This document shows positions 9,322 to 20,187 of a stretch of 39,513 bases of DNA, piece by piece (the first letter of the stretch is position 1; every line of letters begins with the position of its first letter). Position numbers and translations under genes: made by a program. Under the pieces are notes generated by a model that worked only from the letters and a program-made list of their open reading frames with translations, did not search any database and was not told the DNA's origin. This DNA is from Puniceicoccales bacterium (GTDB lineage Bacteria; Verrucomicrobiota; Verrucomicrobiia; Opitutales; LL51), in assembly GCA_031268005.1 (NCBI GenBank), contig JAIRYA010000058.1, positions 1-39,513 of the forward strand, read 5' to 3'.

Positions 9322-9393
9322 GGCTTCCCTTTAAACTTCAATTTCAGCGAAAATCTCTAGGTAGCCTTAAAAAAACAATCTTGCCTAAAATAA

Positions 9394-10728
<1,335 letters not shown>

Positions 10729-10956
10729 AAAAGATTACAATTTACAATTCTCGCCCACCCTTTCTAAGCTTCGCGTTAGCACATAATTCCACCAAATTTA
10801 GGGCGAGATTTTTCATTTTTCCTTCCCAAACCTCTTTCCCTATCTTCAATTTTTTTACTTCCGCCGTTCCCGTAAAATCCAATGGAAAAGCATTTTCGAG
10901 AATGGGAAAAAAATGGATTGCATTCTAAAAAATAAAAGTAGTTTTTAGGGAAAAGT

Positions 10957-11553
10957 ATGGCATCGGTGCATCGATATTTAATTACGGGAACACACGGCTG
11001 CGGGAAGTCTACGCTGTCCCATCGCATTTGTTCGGAGTTCAAAAAAAGTGGCTACAATGCGATCGTTCTCAGTGAGACGGCCCGCGAATCTCCATTCCCG
11101 ATCAACCGGGGTCAAACCGTAAATTCCTCGCTCTATATTGCACTTAAGCAAGCGGTCAAAGAATTGGAAGCCATTGCCCACGGCTATCAATACTTGGTAT
11201 TGGATCGAGGCGTATTGGATTCCTTCGTCTACTCGGAGGCGACGAGAAAGGAAGAAATTTCCGAAATCGAAAGGGGATTGTTGGAGGCCTTTAAAATTTG
11301 GACCCGCGACTACGACGACATTATTTTTGTTAAAAAAGAGGGAAATGATGCCCTGCAAGCCGATGGTATTCGCGATACGGACATGGAGTTCGCCGAAAAA
11401 ACGGAGCAGCTCTTTGAACATTTGTTGATGGAAAATTTTGGAGACAAGGTGCGTGTCATAACCTATGGTGACATGTTAAAAACTAGGATACGGATCGCCG
11501 ATGGGGGCAAAATTTATTTAGATTATGAGCGACACTACGAACTGGTTCATTGA
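10957..11553 (+). CDS. NadR/Ttd14 (AAA_28)-like P-loop nucleoside/nucleotide kinase-fold protein
   Basis: ITGTHGCGKST Walker A, ETARESP, LVLDRGVLDSFVY and DGIRDTD motifs. Confidence 0.75.
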   Translation: MASVHRYLITGTHGCGKSTLSHRICSEFKKSGYNAIVLSETARESPFPINRGQTVNSSLYIALKQAVKELEAIAHGYQYLVLDRGVLDSFVYSEATRKEEISEIERGLLEAFKIWTRDYDDIIFVKKEGNDALQADGIRDTDMEFAEKTEQLFEHLLMENFGDKVRVITYGDMLKTRIRIADGGKIYLDYERHYELVH

Positions 11554-11809
11554 AAACCAAATGCAAATTGTGCTTTGGATATTTATGGGAATTGCCCTTG
11601 TGGGATCCTACTATAATGCGACCATGCGCTGCAAATTGAGCTACATATTATGGCTATTCAGTAACCTCTTTTTTGTATGGCATAATCTTAGCATTGGGGA
11701 AATTCAGCAAGGTTTGATGTATGGGGTTTATTTCATTTTGGCCATTATTGGCATGAAAAATAGCATCCATCAAAAGGGTTGGTTTAGGCGAGCCTCCATG
11801 GAACAATAG
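11525..11809 (+). CDS. Small 3-TM membrane protein, PnuC (nicotinamide riboside transporter)-like half
   Basis: 94 aa with three hydrophobic segments; WLFSN (WxxxN) and YGVYFILAIIG resemble the PnuC C-terminal repeat; overlaps the upstream gene by 29 nt. Confidence 0.6.
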   Translation: MSDTTNWFIENQMQIVLWIFMGIALVGSYYNATMRCKLSYILWLFSNLFFVWHNLSIGEIQQGLMYGVYFILAIIGMKNSIHQKGWFRRASMEQ

Positions 11810-11919
11810 TGGCTATCATTGGAAGCGATGAACGACACTCAGATGAATTTCCATGGAATAGCAGGGGTTGCGAACGGCATTTGAAATATAATGTATTTTA
11901 AAATTTTTATAGGATAAGC

Positions 11920-13428
11920 ATGGCAGAAATGGAGAAAACTCAAAGACCGACGATGGATCAAATTGTGGGTCTGTGTAAGCGGCGGGGAATTATTTTTCAG
12001 TCCTCCGAAATTTACAATGGCGTTGCCGGTTGCTTTGACTATGGGCCTTTTGGAGCTGAAATTAAGAAAAACATTAAAAATGCCTGGTGGGAGGATATGG
12101 TTCATCGCCGCGGGGATATTGTCGGCCTCGACTGTTCCATTATTATGCATTCCGATGTCTGGAAAGCGTCGGGCCACGTGGATGGATTTTCCGATCCTTT
12201 GGTGGATTGTAAAATCTCTAAAATGCGCTACCGCGCCGACCAGCTCTATTTTGGAAAAGTGACCGTTTCCGGCGAAGTCATTGGCTACGTATCCGTTTTG
12301 GAAGATGAAGCAATGCAGTCCATCGCCGAAAATCAGGCCAATGATTTGAAGCGAAAATTGGCCAAACAGGGGACATTGGAGGAAATTGTTCTGAAGGCGT
12401 ATGCGGAAGCTCGGCCGGAGGAGTACGCTTTGATCCCATCGCCGGCAACGGGAAAGCCGGGTTCTTTGACGGCGCCGCGTGCCTTCAATTTAATGTTTCA
12501 GACGCATCTGGGAGCGATTGTGGATGACTCTTCCGTGGCCTATTTGCGCCCGGAGACGGCCCAGGGGATGTTTGTTAATTTCAAAAATATTTTAAATACC
12601 TACCGCGTTAAATTACCCTTTGGCATTGGGCAAATGGGGCGTTCCTTTCGCAATGAGATTACGCCGAGAAATTTCATCTTTCGCTCCCGGGAATTCGAAC
12701 AGATGGAGATGGAATTTTTCATCCAAGATGATGCGAATTGGCAGGAATGGCACCGCTATTGGGTGAACACGCGCTTTGAGTGGCTAAAAAGTATTGGTTT
12801 AAGGGAAGATTTACTGGGCCTCGAAGTCCACCGTCCGGAAAAATTGGCCCACTATTCCCGTGCCTGTACGGATATCACCTTTCACTACCCCTTCGGCGTG
12901 CAGGAATTGGAGGGGATTGCGGCGCGGGGGAACTTCGATTTGACGCAGCACCAAAACGGGAGTGGAAAAAATTTGGAATATTTCGATGAGCAGCAAAATC
13001 GGAGCTATTTGCCCCACGTCATTGAACCGGCAATTGGTGTGGACCGCCTATTTTTAGCGGTACTATGTTCAGCCTATGTCGAGGAGAAAGTCGAAGACGA
13101 AACGCGCATTGTTTTAAAATTACATCCACGCATTGCGCCCCTAAAGGCGGCGGTTTTGCCATTGGTCAAAAATCGTCCCGAGTTGGTTGATTTGGCAAAA
13201 AATTTATACCAAAAATTATCGCGAATCTGCCATGTGCAGTACGATGAAAGTGGGGCAATTGGCCGCCGCTACCGCCGCATGGATGAAATTGGCACGCCCT
13301 ATTGCATTACCGCGGATTTCGATTCCCTGGAAAGCGGAACATTCACCCTGCGCGACCGCGATACGATGGAGCAGAAACGATTGACGGAAAATGAGATTAT
13401 TACATTTCTATGGGAACATTGCCACTAA
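11920..13428 (+). CDS. glyQS: Glycine--tRNA ligase, alpha2 (homodimeric) type
   Basis: [69 protein letters not shown]. Confidence 0.98.
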   Translation: MAEMEKTQRPTMDQIVGLCKRRGIIFQSSEIYNGVAGCFDYGPFGAEIKKNIKNAWWEDMVHRRGDIVGLDCSIIMHSDVWKASGHVDGFSDPLVDCKISKMRYRADQLYFGKVTVSGEVIGYVSVLEDEAMQSIAENQANDLKRKLAKQGTLEEIVLKAYAEARPEEYALIPSPATGKPGSLTAPRAFNLMFQTHLGAIVDDSSVAYLRPETAQGMFVNFKNILNTYRVKLPFGIGQMGRSFRNEITPRNFIFRSREFEQMEMEFFIQDDANWQEWHRYWVNTRFEWLKSIGLREDLLGLEVHRPEKLAHYSRACTDITFHYPFGVQELEGIAARGNFDLTQHQNGSGKNLEYFDEQQNRSYLPHVIEPAIGVDRLFLAVLCSAYVEEKVEDETRIVLKLHPRIAPLKAAVLPLVKNRPELVDLAKNLYQKLSRICHVQYDESGAIGRRYRRMDEIGTPYCITADFDSLESGTFTLRDRDTMEQKRLTENEIITFLWEHCH

Positions 13429-13554
13429 AATTTTTTAAAAGTAAATAATAAAAGCCCCCTAATATTTCAACGGGAACAGTTTTTTATTTTTCATAAAAAA
13501 ATATCCTACCGTAAAAACCTTGCAAATTATTATAAATTTACAAAATATAAAGAC

Positions 13555-15036
13555 ATGTATGACTTTTTTTCCATAAAGTTTACCCCAAACAACAAACTGC
13601 CGAAGATTGGTACATCCGAACAGCAAGATATAAAGAAAGAAAATCAAATTACCCAAAACAATACATCTCAAAAATCTATTAAGCCAACAAGTGGTCCTCC
13701 TCAGACCCCATCTCTTAATAAACGCAGGACTGAAATGCCTAAAAAAACTTCTTGGCTGTCGAGTCTCTTTAAATTTTTCACTTTTTGGAACGAAAAAAGA
13801 AAATCTTCAAATGCCAAAAACTCTATTTTAAAGGAATTGGAGAGTGAAAATTATAAAACAAAAGAACAGCGGCTTAATCTGTTAAAAAATAAATTGGATA
13901 ATAAAATTTTAGATCTTGCAATAATGATAGACCTTCGCAATGAAGGAAAAATCGATGAATTTGAAATGATGTTTCTTATAAATCGAGACCTTTATGAAAA
14001 AAAAGAAATGGATCAACTATCATTTGCAAAGTCATCCATCCATGCCCTTAAGGATATGGCAACCGAAGAAAAGGGATTGATGGATATTTTGTGTGAACAA
14101 TGTGACATTGAAAAGGGAAGCGATACCCATGTTGCATTGTTGGAACATTGTCTCACGGATCCCGATTTAAGTGATGTGCCACTCGTAATTACTGATATTT
14201 CAGGTGAGCATGTCGATCCCCTAAAAGCAGCGAACAATCCCAACACCAATCCCAACCCGGAATTTTGTAAAAAAGTTATGGACGCAAAAAATGTCAATGA
14301 AATTGCAGAGGTTTTTAATACATTTTTTAGTGATGCAAATGGAGATCCTCGACTGGAATCACAAAAAGACGTTTATGCAAATGGAAATCTATTGCGAGCA
14401 GATCTCGAGCGTAGCCTTCTGAAAGTGAATGTAAATGGGAAAGAAATTCTTCTTTCCGGAAATGAGAGCTCATTGAAATCGTCAGGAAAAGAGGACTATC
14501 AATTAATAAAAGAAGGAAAACAAATAAACGGTTTGCCTTGTGAAGATGTTTTTCAGCTAATGCTGGAGCAAATCCAAAAGCAAGGCGAATTAGCAGAGGA
14601 AGATGCCTTAAAAGTTCTAAAACAAATCGTTTTAGCGTATCGCGGTCAAAACGGTGTCGCCGATGGTTATAACTTAATCAGTGTATCTTTATTGGAGCAC
14701 AACAAATTAATGGCAGCAAATTCAGGCCCCAAAATAAGCATGGAATTTGATAAAAATTTTACTCTTACTAGAAAAACGGAAGATGCACCCATGATTAGCA
14801 TTCAAAGTACAATGACCGGGCAATTCTTTTCCACCGAATGTCGGTTTAAATTTCCCGATGATCCTGAAAACAAAGGAATTCGAACGCAACTACCCATCAC
14901 ATCGACGAGAAAAGAATCGATAGATGGAAGAACGATTGAATGGACTTGCCCCTTTCGAGAAAATCCACCGAACAAAGTTATTTTCTACGGCGGCTGTAAA
15001 AAATCTGAACCTTCGGTATCCCAAGGAATTTCTTAA
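13555..15036 (+). CDS. Hypothetical AT-rich protein, candidate secreted effector
   Basis: 493-aa ORF; low-complexity S/T/P/Q/N/K N-terminus, no signal peptide or TM, no recognisable family. Confidence 0.7.
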   Translation: MYDFFSIKFTPNNKLPKIGTSEQQDIKKENQITQNNTSQKSIKPTSGPPQTPSLNKRRTEMPKKTSWLSSLFKFFTFWNEKRKSSNAKNSILKELESENYKTKEQRLNLLKNKLDNKILDLAIMIDLRNEGKIDEFEMMFLINRDLYEKKEMDQLSFAKSSIHALKDMATEEKGLMDILCEQCDIEKGSDTHVALLEHCLTDPDLSDVPLVITDISGEHVDPLKAANNPNTNPNPEFCKKVMDAKNVNEIAEVFNTFFSDANGDPRLESQKDVYANGNLLRADLERSLLKVNVNGKEILLSGNESSLKSSGKEDYQLIKEGKQINGLPCEDVFQLMLEQIQKQGELAEEDALKVLKQIVLAYRGQNGVADGYNLISVSLLEHNKLMAANSGPKISMEFDKNFTLTRKTEDAPMISIQSTMTGQFFSTECRFKFPDDPENKGIRTQLPITSTRKESIDGRTIEWTCPFRENPPNKVIFYGGCKKSEPSVSQGIS

Positions 15037-15188
15037 AAATCAAAAAAAAATGAGGCATCGCCAACAAAAGCTATAAAATAGTTTGTCACTTTTTGTTGTC
15101 TAGCAAATTTTTAAGGCGATTATGCTATTACAACGCAAATGGAAAAATAAAATCAATTGAAAAGAGGAAAAAAGTGCTGCCAGAAGTG

Positions 15189-15300
15189 GAATAATTTCAC
15201 CAACGATGGAAAACTTTATTTAAAATAAAAGCTTTTCGGAAACCATTGAAATAATTTCACTTCCAATGAAAATTTTCCATCTTAAAATAAAAGCTCTTCG
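15189..15300. repeat. Imperfect ~60-62 bp tandem duplication in the convergent intergenic gap
   Basis: ataatttcac at 15191 and 15251; aaaataaaagct at 15222 and 15284. Confidence 0.7.
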
Positions 15301-15416
15301 CTATCAGTAGAAAAAATCCATTTGAAGTAAAATTTTAATTAGCAAAGAAAATTATTACCGATTAATGTTTTTTTTAATTTCCAGGCGATTGGGATCAAGT
15401 TTTTTTGATTCAAATT

Positions 15417-17552
15417 TTATTTCAAACTTTCATCTAATTTCTTTGAAATATTGACCTTAGCGCCCCTAATATAGGCATTAATTTCGTTACTTTTTTTTCC
15501 ATTTTCCTGAATAGCTTCTGTCAGCATAGATCCAAATGTTTTCATATTAAGCTTTCCCTCCTTCATTTTCGTCTTAAAGGCAGTGTTTAAAGCATTTTGA
15601 TCACCTTCTTTTATCTTTTTTTCATTTGAGTCACTACTTTCATTTATAAATTTTAGAAAAATTTCTTGTGTTGTTTTAGAAAATCGTTCTATGCCGTTGA
15701 TAATATTTGCAAAACTAGACATTTCAAAATTTTCGTTAGGGTCGAATTCTTTACTAAAAACACTTGAAATCCTATCTAAATCTTTTTTGTCGTCATTTAA
15801 TAGCCGGATTTGAGACTGCCCCATTTTTTCAAGGGCATCCTTAGTATCTTTCTTAAATTCTTTACAATCATTGGGATAATTTTTAAGAAAAAAGCTAACC
15901 GCATTCTCATTACCACTTTTTATGGCCCCTAAAAATGCTTCTTTTAAAATTTCTTTTTCTTCGAATTTTAACTTTCCGGACTTTTGTAAGCTTTCTAATT
16001 TTTTTGCATCGCCATTTTCCGCTGCCTTGACAAAATTTTTCCGATTAAGTATTTTTTCTTGTTCTTGCACTATTTCATCAAAACTTTTATCCTCATTTGT
16101 CGCAGCTTTCCAAGCATTTTCAATATTTTTACGAAAATCATTTGAAATTTGTGATTTATTTTCGATGTAATTTTCAATAATTATTAAAGTATGATTTTTT
16201 ATTCGCGTTTGTAAATCTTTTCCATAATCTTTTGCATGCGCAAGGCCTTGAGCAGCGCTAGCACCTTCTAGGGGATTATCGTAAAATTTCTCCACGCAGC
16301 CAATAAAACTTACTATCTCTCCTTTAGAAACAACAGAACCAAAATCGCGATTATTAAATAAGAATAGCATTTTCTGGAGTCTTTCATTTTGTTCTTCAAA
16401 TTGTAAACTCTTGAAATCTTTAGTTAGATCTTTACTGTCGTCGTCTATTTTTTTATAATTTTCCGGTAGAAATACGTTTGGCATTTTATCTAGTTTTTCA
16501 TCTACACTTTTATCTAGACTTTGATTTGGCTTTGGTTGGCCAAACTCATAAGGAATATCATTAATACAACCGCGAGTAAGATCATAATTTTCTTTAAATT
16601 CTTTTGCATATTTTTCAGCCACTTCAGTCCCCGAAGGCAAAGACAAAAATATGGCCAACCTACCCTTAGGCACCATTTGCCTTGCAATATTTACGTCCAA
16701 ACCAAATTCTACTGATGCCGCTAGAGCACAAGCCTCATGTGCTATTTCTTTCACCTGCGATTTTATGGATTCCTTAATATTTTCTGGCGTTTTCGGATTT
16801 TTGTACATTGCTTCTATTAGATCCCCAATTTTTTCTCCGTCTTCTTTCGATAAATTGGGTGCGTTCAGTTGCTCAAATAATCCTTCTACTATTTCCATAG
16901 CTATTGGGTTCAAATTTTCCTTTCCTTTTTGAGTTAAATTGTTTGCGTATAATCCCAACAAAGCTTCACCTTTTTCCATTGCATTAGCATCTACATTTGT
17001 TCCCATTTCGCCTTTTATTTTTCCATCCCTAACCACCATTAATAAATCTTCCCGAAAATCTTTCTGCAAATCACCCAATTGTAAATTTTTTTGCAAATTG
17101 TCCAATCTGTTCTTGCTTGGCAAAATTTGCACGTTTGGCTTGCTGTTTTTGGAGTTTTTTTTACTTTTACTCTTTTCGTGACAAGCCTTTGTACTACTTT
17201 CCAAAAGAGCACAAAATTTACCCTTTTGAATCAATGACAGTTTTGAATTTTGTACTTGATTCCCAATGAGATTTTCGAATATTTTAGCATTTCGCTTTTG
17301 GATTCCTTTACTAAAAAGTATTTTTTTTAACGGAGCACTATATACTGTCTTTTCCGTTATACTTGGGCCAGATAATATATTTATGGTAACCTCTTTTGCT
17401 TTAAACAATCCAGATTTTTTCATCGAAACTTCATATTGTATTCCATTCAAATTAAATTTTTGGTTAACTTCTTTTTCTTTACTTTTTTCACAGTCATTGA
17501 TCATCGCATTAAAAGTCCCGAAATTATCCATGTTTATATTAATCCCACTCAT
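15417..17552 (-). CDS. Hypothetical Lys/Glu-rich helical protein with two ankyrin-like motifs, candidate effector
   Basis: 711-aa AT-rich ORF; FVKAAENGDAKKLESL and AFLGAIKSGNENAVSFFLK resemble ankyrin helix-turn-helix units. Confidence 0.7.
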   Translation of the reverse strand: MSGININMDNFGTFNAMINDCEKSKEKEVNQKFNLNGIQYEVSMKKSGLFKAKEVTINILSGPSITEKTVYSAPLKKILFSKGIQKRNAKIFENLIGNQVQNSKLSLIQKGKFCALLESSTKACHEKSKSKKNSKNSKPNVQILPSKNRLDNLQKNLQLGDLQKDFREDLLMVVRDGKIKGEMGTNVDANAMEKGEALLGLYANNLTQKGKENLNPIAMEIVEGLFEQLNAPNLSKEDGEKIGDLIEAMYKNPKTPENIKESIKSQVKEIAHEACALAASVEFGLDVNIARQMVPKGRLAIFLSLPSGTEVAEKYAKEFKENYDLTRGCINDIPYEFGQPKPNQSLDKSVDEKLDKMPNVFLPENYKKIDDDSKDLTKDFKSLQFEEQNERLQKMLFLFNNRDFGSVVSKGEIVSFIGCVEKFYDNPLEGASAAQGLAHAKDYGKDLQTRIKNHTLIIIENYIENKSQISNDFRKNIENAWKAATNEDKSFDEIVQEQEKILNRKNFVKAAENGDAKKLESLQKSGKLKFEEKEILKEAFLGAIKSGNENAVSFFLKNYPNDCKEFKKDTKDALEKMGQSQIRLLNDDKKDLDRISSVFSKEFDPNENFEMSSFANIINGIERFSKTTQEIFLKFINESSDSNEKKIKEGDQNALNTAFKTKMKEGKLNMKTFGSMLTEAIQENGKKSNEINAYIRGAKVNISKKLDESLK

Positions 17553-17691
17553 ATACTTTATCTTTTTCTTTAAAGAATATTATGATTTAATTTATATTTT
17601 GCAATATATTTTATACTATTCTATTGTTTTTTTTAATATTTTACTGCTTGCATTGTATTCAAGGAGAAGATTTTCATTTCTGGAAAGTGAA

Positions 17692-18852
17692 TCATTGGAT
17701 GAGTGCACTTTGAATCCAGTTTAGGACATCATTTTGTGGCTCCGCTGACAATAGTTGCCGCAATTCTTCCCCATCCCTCTGTGCCTGCGCTAAAATTTCC
17801 GGATTATTTAAACAATCCCGCATGGCACTACAAATCAGTTTCGGTTTTGCGGAAAATTGTAAAAACTCACGGGCCGATTCCCGATTTAGAAGAATATTCG
17901 CGATGTGTAGAAATTTCACCCTTATCAATAGCTTTGCCAATCCGTAGGTGATGGTGCTGGCTTTATAAACGATCACACCCGGAATGCCTGCAAGGGCACA
18001 ATTGAGCGCCATGGTCCCCGAACTCATTAGGGATGCGCAAACCGAAAGTGTACGCGTTCCACTTTGGACAAAGGAAATGGATAAATTTTTATATCTCTTG
18101 CAAATATTTTGCAAAATTTCCAAAATATCGTCATCGGGATAGAGCGTAAGCAACTCCCCCACTTCACCCCATTTTTTGAGCCGATCAATGGAATCGAGCA
18201 TGGTGGGAAAAATCTTTTTTACCGCCGCTTTTCGGCTTCCCGGCAACAGAAGAATTGGTCCATTGGAATTATAAGTTATTGGTAATACGTAATCTCCATC
18301 TAAAAACGGATGGCCCAAAAATTGCACATCCAGGTCCGTATCCTTGTAATAGGCTTTCTCGAAGGGAAAAATAGTTCCAAGCGCATCAATGTATTTCGCG
18401 ATGGAAAAACGACGCTTCGCCTTCCATGCCCAGATTTGGGGACTAATGTAGTGGTATAATTTTACATTTCCACCCGCTTTGTGGCTTACCCCTCGTCGGA
18501 ATAATTCCTTAGCAATGCGCAAATTAAGTCCCGGAAAATCCACAAAACAGACCGCTTTAGGGCGATAGCGCTCGACCCAATCGCAGGTTATTTTTAAAAA
18601 TTTTGCAAAAAAACGAATATTGCGCAGGACTTCTCCAATGCCTACAACCGAAAATTCCACCAAATTAAAGAGAAAACTGATGCCCGTTCTTTCGAGATTA
18701 TCGCCTCCAATTGCACAAATATTATAATGGGGATATTCGATTTTCAATTTTTTAACCAATGCTGCGCCATGTTCATCGCCGGAGTATTCTCCAGCAATGA
18801 TCAGCAAATCGGGGTAATCCGCCACCACTTCATTGAATGTGATTTTTTGCAT
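17692..18852 (-). CDS. lpxB: Lipid-A-disaccharide synthase
   Basis: IAGEYSGDEHG, VDFPGLNLR, YISPQIWAWK, IFPFE, GHP, LLPGSR, SSGT. Confidence 0.96.
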   Translation of the reverse strand: MQKITFNEVVADYPDLLIIAGEYSGDEHGAALVKKLKIEYPHYNICAIGGDNLERTGISFLFNLVEFSVVGIGEVLRNIRFFAKFLKITCDWVERYRPKAVCFVDFPGLNLRIAKELFRRGVSHKAGGNVKLYHYISPQIWAWKAKRRFSIAKYIDALGTIFPFEKAYYKDTDLDVQFLGHPFLDGDYVLPITYNSNGPILLLPGSRKAAVKKIFPTMLDSIDRLKKWGEVGELLTLYPDDDILEILQNICKRYKNLSISFVQSGTRTLSVCASLMSSGTMALNCALAGIPGVIVYKASTITYGLAKLLIRVKFLHIANILLNRESAREFLQFSAKPKLICSAMRDCLNNPEILAQAQRDGEELRQLLSAEPQNDVLNWIQSALIQ

Positions 18853-18854
18853 GA

Positions 18855-19952
18855 CTATGTATTAAAACGAAAAACAACAACGTCGCCATCCTTAACTTCA
18901 TAATCCTTCCCCTCGAGGCGATATTTTCCAGCCTCTTTTGCAGCCAATGTCGATCCCGCGGCAACCAAATCCGCATAGCTAACGACCTCCGCCCTAATAA
19001 ACCCGCGCTCAAAATCCCCATGGATGATAGCGGCACATTGGGGCGCTCGCATCCCCAACCTAAAAGTCCAGGCGTGGACTTCCATTTCACCGGCCGTAAA
19101 ATAGGAAGCCAATCCCAGCAGATGGTAAGTGGATCGAATTAAATTGGAGACACCGCTATCTCGAACGCCGAAATCTAATAGATAGGCTTCCGCTTCTTCG
19201 GGAGAAAAATCGATCAAATCCGATTCCAATTGGGCACAGATGACGCAGCATTCTCCGCCATTTCTGGATTGCACATATTTTTTGACAGCCTCCGCAAAGG
19301 CATTGCCCTTCGCAATTTCACCCTCCGATACATTGCACGCATAAATAACGGGTTTCGAGGAAAGTAAATTGAAGGATTTGAGTAAAATTTTTTCCTCCTC
19401 ACTCATTTCCAGCGTATTGGCCGGATGACTTTGATTGAGATGATTTTGTAGGCGCCCTAGAAGTTCGACGACTTTGACCGCTTCTCCCTCATTGGCTCGA
19501 GATTTTTTTATATTTTTATTGATCTGATTTTCGACGGATTGCAAATCCGCTAAAATTAATTCCGTATGAATAATTTCAATGTCGCGAATGGGATCGATAG
19601 CGCCGGAACTGTGGATAATGTCGCTATTTTCAAAGCAACGTACCACGTGAATGATGGCATCGACCTCGCGAATATTCGCCAAAAATTTATTGCCGAGGCC
19701 CTCTCCCCGATTCGCACCGGCCACAAGCCCGGCGATGTCGACCATTTCAATGGCTGCGGGAACTAATTTATCCGTTTTGGCAATGGGCTTTAGAATTGCC
19801 AGGCGTTCATCGGGAACTTCAACGACGCCGACGTTGGGATCGATGGTGCAAAATGGGTAATTTTCAGCCTGTGCCTTACGCGTACGCGTCAGCGCATTGA
19901 AAAGCGTACTTTTCCCCACATTGGGCAATCCTACAATTCCAGCCTGTAACAT
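18855..19952 (-). CDS. ychF: Redox-regulated ATPase YchF
   Basis: [47 protein letters not shown]-terminus. Confidence 0.98.
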   Translation of the reverse strand: MLQAGIVGLPNVGKSTLFNALTRTRKAQAENYPFCTIDPNVGVVEVPDERLAILKPIAKTDKLVPAAIEMVDIAGLVAGANRGEGLGNKFLANIREVDAIIHVVRCFENSDIIHSSGAIDPIRDIEIIHTELILADLQSVENQINKNIKKSRANEGEAVKVVELLGRLQNHLNQSHPANTLEMSEEEKILLKSFNLLSSKPVIYACNVSEGEIAKGNAFAEAVKKYVQSRNGGECCVICAQLESDLIDFSPEEAEAYLLDFGVRDSGVSNLIRSTYHLLGLASYFTAGEMEVHAWTFRLGMRAPQCAAIIHGDFERGFIRAEVVSYADLVAAGSTLAAKEAGKYRLEGKDYEVKDGDVVVFRFNT

Positions 19953-20019
19953 GACCTAAGGGTAAAAGAAATCCCTAAAATTTCGCAAGAATTTATGGCA
20001 AAAGGGCAATACTATTTTA

Positions 20020-20110
20020 GGGGCAATGAAAGATCCGAAAGACCGCGTCTCCCGAAGTAAGATCCCAGGGATTCACAGCACTTGGAAGAACCTTGAACTG
20101 CATTGCTTTT
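20020..20110. ncRNA. Candidate structured non-coding RNA (long interrupted hairpin)
   Basis: Outer pairing gcaatg/cattgc, inner stem tctcccgaagt/acttggaaga, apical gatcc/ggatt; a GC-richer island in an AT-rich gap. Confidence 0.3.
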
Positions 20111-20151
20111 CGCCAAAGATGAAATTATAATTTAATTTTTACAAAATTTTA

Positions 20152-20179
20152 TTGCAAAAAAATAATACATTCCTATAAT
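20152..20179 (+). promoter_or_regulatory. Sigma70-type promoter for the SopB-like gene, probably giving a near-leaderless mRNA
   Basis: TTGCAA (20152-20157)-N16-TATAAT (20174-20179), only 8 nt before ATG 20188; no SD sequence. Confidence 0.55.
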
Positions 20180-20187
20180 TGTAAATT

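Noticed and set aside
10776-11042. 88-aa ORF on the minus strand between eno and the AAA_28 gene
   Set aside because: Overlaps the better-supported AAA_28 start and promoter; no motifs.
15189-15340. Possible CRISPR array
   Set aside because: Only two imperfect units, no unique spacers of regular length, no cas genes.
20055-20082. Possible SRP (4.5S) RNA
   Set aside because: Lacks the conserved CAGG..GNRA..AGCA domain IV symmetric loop; kept only as an unclassified ncRNA candidate.
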